Below are positions 61,231 through 64,000 of a DNA stretch of 64,000 nucleotides, in pieces (position 1 is the first letter of the stretch; each line of letters starts with the position of its first letter). Under the pieces are notes generated by a model. That model saw nothing but the letters and a program-made list of their open reading frames with translations, was not told the origin of the DNA and did not search any database. The stretch is from positions 331 through 64,330 of the forward strand of contig WFPF01000122.1 of the NCBI GenBank assembly GCA_015487695.1, in the 5' to 3' direction. A program made the position numbers and the translations under genes. The stretch comes from Chitinophagales bacterium (GTDB lineage Bacteria > Bacteroidota > Bacteroidia > Chitinophagales > S012-47).

Positions 61231-64000
61231 ATGGAAGGGGCTGATTGCGCTGCTCTTGCTGATTGTGCTGCAGCTTGGTGGCAGCGAAGGGCTGTTTGCC
61301 AATCACGGATACTTCTACAAGGAACACCAGAAAAGCGGTGAGCAGAAAAGATTCCGGATCAGGGCCATGCACGTAACACGTAACGGCCTGCTGTGGCTGG
61401 CTACCGATAAAGGGCTCTGCTATTATGACGGGGTGAATTACCATTTTACAAATTATGCCGACAGCACGGCAGGCAAACCGCTGCAAAACATTTGCGAATC
61501 TCCGGACGGAAAGATATACGTAAGCGACCTGCGAAACCAGATCTTTCTTCTGGGAAGCAAGGGACTTGAGAAGGCCGTCATATGGCCCGATACCTTGCAT
61601 CCGAAAATTACGGACATCGCCTTTGACCGTCATGGCCATTTATGGGTCGGCACAGCCGGTGACGGAGCCTATGTGTGGCACGATGCCGAGCTGATGCACT
61701 TTGCCATGCCCGCAATCAGTGACAATTACATCAACGATATACACTCTGTCGGGGAATATATCTTTTTGGGTACCGACAACGGACTGACCCGCATGCGCTG
61801 GGTAGACGGTGAGATGCAAGTTGCTATTCTCCGCTATGAAGACGGCCTGCCCGACTACATCGTAAGTTCCATTGCTTCGTCTTCCGATAGTCAGAAGATA
61901 TGGCTGGGCTTTCAGGCCGGGGGCATATGCGAAGTCGACTGGATGCAGATGAAAATCATGACGCTCGATTCGGTATCCAGTCTGCTGTTTGGAGAGATTA
62001 ATGATATGCTCGAGTATGAACCGGGTGTGCTTTGGATTGCAGATGATGCCAACGGCTTGATTGAGCGTTCGGAATACCACAGCCGGCCGCTCTACCGGGT
62101 GATCAGACCCATCATGAAGAATACGGGCCAAAGAATATTGGATCTGGAAAAAGACGGAGAGTGCAATCTCTGGCTGCTTTCCTCTGAAAAAGGACTCCTG
62201 AGCACCAACCGGCAGATAACGGTGCCCGAACTCCCGGGTGTGGATGAAAAATCACTTGAAATCACGGCCGTTCATGCCGATGCAGACGGTATTATCTGGT
62301 ATGCAAACCACGAGGGCCTCTATCGTTACGACCCGGGTGTCAGTGGTGAAGAGAGCATCCGTTTTATCGGTATCAGCCATGCCGACAGAAAGGAACTGAT
62401 CATAAGCATATACAGCCTTGAGCCGGGGAAGCTGTGGCTGGGAACTTTCGGCAGCGGCCTCTATTATTATGACGAGCAAAGTGGGCGTGTGCTGCACATT
62501 AGCGAGAAAGACGGATTGATCAACAACAACATTCTTTCCATCACCGGTCGGGGCAATGAACTATGGCTTGCCACACTGGGCGGGGCCGAACGTTTGATTG
62601 TCAACAACCAGGTGAAGAGTCTGGAGGATATACGTCTGAAGGGCTACACCACACGCCACGGCCTGGGCACCAATTATATTTATCAGGTGCATGTGGCAAG
62701 GGACGGAAGCAAATGGTTTGCAACGGATGGCAAAGGAATCAGCTGCCTGAAGAATGGTGAAATTGTCACCTTTGATGAACGCAACGGACTGAACAGCAAC
62801 GCAATTGTCAGTATTACTGAGGACAGCCGGGGAAGGATATGGTTTGCCAGCTCGGAGGCCGGAATTTATTCCATCCGGGGCGATACCATCAAAAAGTATG
62901 ACCGTTCTTGCGGCATTCGCGATTTGCATATAACCTCAATCACAGCCGACAAGTATGACCGTATTGTAATAGTGCACGAAAGCGGAATTGACATTCTAGA
63001 CCCGAAAATCAATCACGTTACTTTTCCTGTCGAGAATCCATTTCTTACTTCATTGAAATCCGATCTGAACAATCGCTCGGTAGACCCTTACGGAAATATC
63101 TGGATAGGCGGGAAAGACGGCTTGCTTTACTATGCTCCGGCTCTGCCTTCCTGCCGTGAAGTGCCGGCTACCATATTGCTGGAGGTCAACGCTATGCTTC
63201 AGCCTTTGTCATTCAGAGAGGTGAAGGTATTGCCCTACAGCAAGAATCATTTATCATTTGAATTTAAAGGTCTCTGGTACAAAAATCCGGAGAAAGTGCG
63301 CTATCAGTACAAATTGGAAGGCTTTGACCTGGAGTGGCATGTCACGGCCGACAATGCGGCTATTTATCCCTCTCTTCATCCGGGGCGCTACATTTTTAAG
63401 GTGCGCTCATCCATTGACGGTAATTTTAAGAATTTGCCGATCGAGGGTTACTCCTTTCGCATTGCTCCGCCCTTTTGGCAGACTCCCTGGTTTATTATCG
63501 GTCTTTTGCTTTTTATTATCGGCAGCATCTATTCCTACGTGCGATTCCGCGAGCAGCGACTCAAAGCCATCGAACATCTCGAAAAGGAAAAAATCGATTT
63601 TCAGCTTCAAACCCTGCGCAGTCAGGTGAACCCGCATTTTTTGTTCAACAGCTTCAATACCTTGCTGAATATGATTGATGTGGATCAAAAGGGGGCTTCG
63701 GATTATGTGCAGCGCCTGTCTGATTTCTTCCGTAATATTCTGACCTACAAGGAAAAAGAACTCATATTGTTATCAGAAGAATTGAAAATACTGGACGACT
63801 ATTATTACCTGCAGGAAAAACGCTTTGGGAGCAACTTCCATATCGAATTGAAAATTCAGAATCCCGAGCAATACTGCATACCACCCATGACTCTTCAACT
63901 TTTGGTTGAAAACGCCCTGAAACACAACATCATATCGGCTTCCAAACCTCTGAAGGTGGAAATTTACATTGAAGATGACCGTCTGATCGTGCGAAACAAC
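61202..64000 (+). CDS. Sensor histidine kinase: beta-propeller + Y_Y_Y domain + TM + LytS-type kinase (3' truncated; absent from the ORF track)
   Basis: Translated by hand from ATG 61202: signal peptide, LWLATDKGL-type propeller repeats, YQYKLEG, PPFWQTPWF, LRSQVNPHFLFNSFN, LQLLVENALKHN. First and last codons share the same frame. Confidence 0.9.
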   Translation, partial: MYPQSWNINKWKGLIALLLLIVLQLGGSEGLFANHGYFYKEHQKSGEQKRFRIRAMHVTRNGLLWLATDKGLCYYDGVNYHFTNYADSTAGKPLQNICESPDGKIYVSDLRNQIFLLGSKGLEKAVIWPDTLHPKITDIAFDRHGHLWVGTAGDGAYVWHDAELMHFAMPAISDNYINDIHSVGEYIFLGTDNGLTRMRWVDGEMQVAILRYEDGLPDYIVSSIASSSDSQKIWLGFQAGGICEVDWMQMKIMTLDSVSSLLFGEINDMLEYEPGVLWIADDANGLIERSEYHSRPLYRVIRPIMKNTGQRILDLEKDGECNLWLLSSEKGLLSTNRQITVPELPGVDEKSLEITAVHADADGIIWYANHEGLYRYDPGVSGEESIRFIGISHADRKELIISIYSLEPGKLWLGTFGSGLYYYDEQSGRVLHISEKDGLINNNILSITGRGNELWLATLGGAERLIVNNQVKSLEDIRLKGYTTRHGLGTNYIYQVHVARDGSKWFATDGKGISCLKNGEIVTFDERNGLNSNAIVSITEDSRGRIWFASSEAGIYSIRGDTIKKYDRSCGIRDLHITSITADKYDRIVIVHESGIDILDPKINHVTFPVENPFLTSLKSDLNNRSVDPYGNIWIGGKDGLLYYAPALPSCREVPATILLEVNAMLQPLSFREVKVLPYSKNHLSFEFKGLWYKNPEKVRYQYKLEGFDLEWHVTADNAAIYPSLHPGRYIFKVRSSIDGNFKNLPIEGYSFRIAPPFWQTPWFIIGLLLFIIGSIYSYVRFREQRLKAIEHLEKEKIDFQLQTLRSQVNPHFLFNSFNTLLNMIDVDQKGASDYVQRLSDFFRNILTYKEKELILLSEELKILDDYYYLQEKRFGSNFHIELKIQNPEQYCIPPMTLQLLVENALKHNIISASKPLKVEIYIEDDRLIVRNN

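Noticed and set aside
61231-61341. ATG right after the yceI stop as the kinase start, or a frameshifted kinase
   Set aside because: That frame closes after about 36 codons. The frame from ATG 61202 carries the signal peptide and continues to the window end.

Overview
Bacteroidota chromosomal segment, judged from T9SS/gliding genes, TAnnTTTG promoters and the holB-PSP1-gldH and purH-mreBCD-mrdA-rodA synteny. The first 1.9 kb is an AT-rich type II Zorya anti-phage operon (truncated zorA, zorB, zorE HNH nuclease). An ~850 bp repeat- and hairpin-rich junction follows. Most of the rest is housekeeping: holB, uvrA, purH, mre cluster, aspS, ppx, gyrB, aconitase, sodA, tadA, priA, atpDC. There are three T9SS cargo loci. 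The most unusual block (44.1-51.1 kb) looks like a self-contained lipid-linked amino-sugar decoration system (WecE, WbqC, LbH acyltransferase, GT2, flippase, GT-C) with an embedded, apparently intact DUF849/BKACE beta-keto-acid cleavage enzyme. Also notable are a PorP/SprF barrel fused to TSP3 repeats and an OmpA domain, and a Balon-like baeRF protein beside MgtC/DUF4010. I saw no rRNA, tRNA, CRISPR array, transposase or integrase. All calls are motif recognition by eye; no searches were run.
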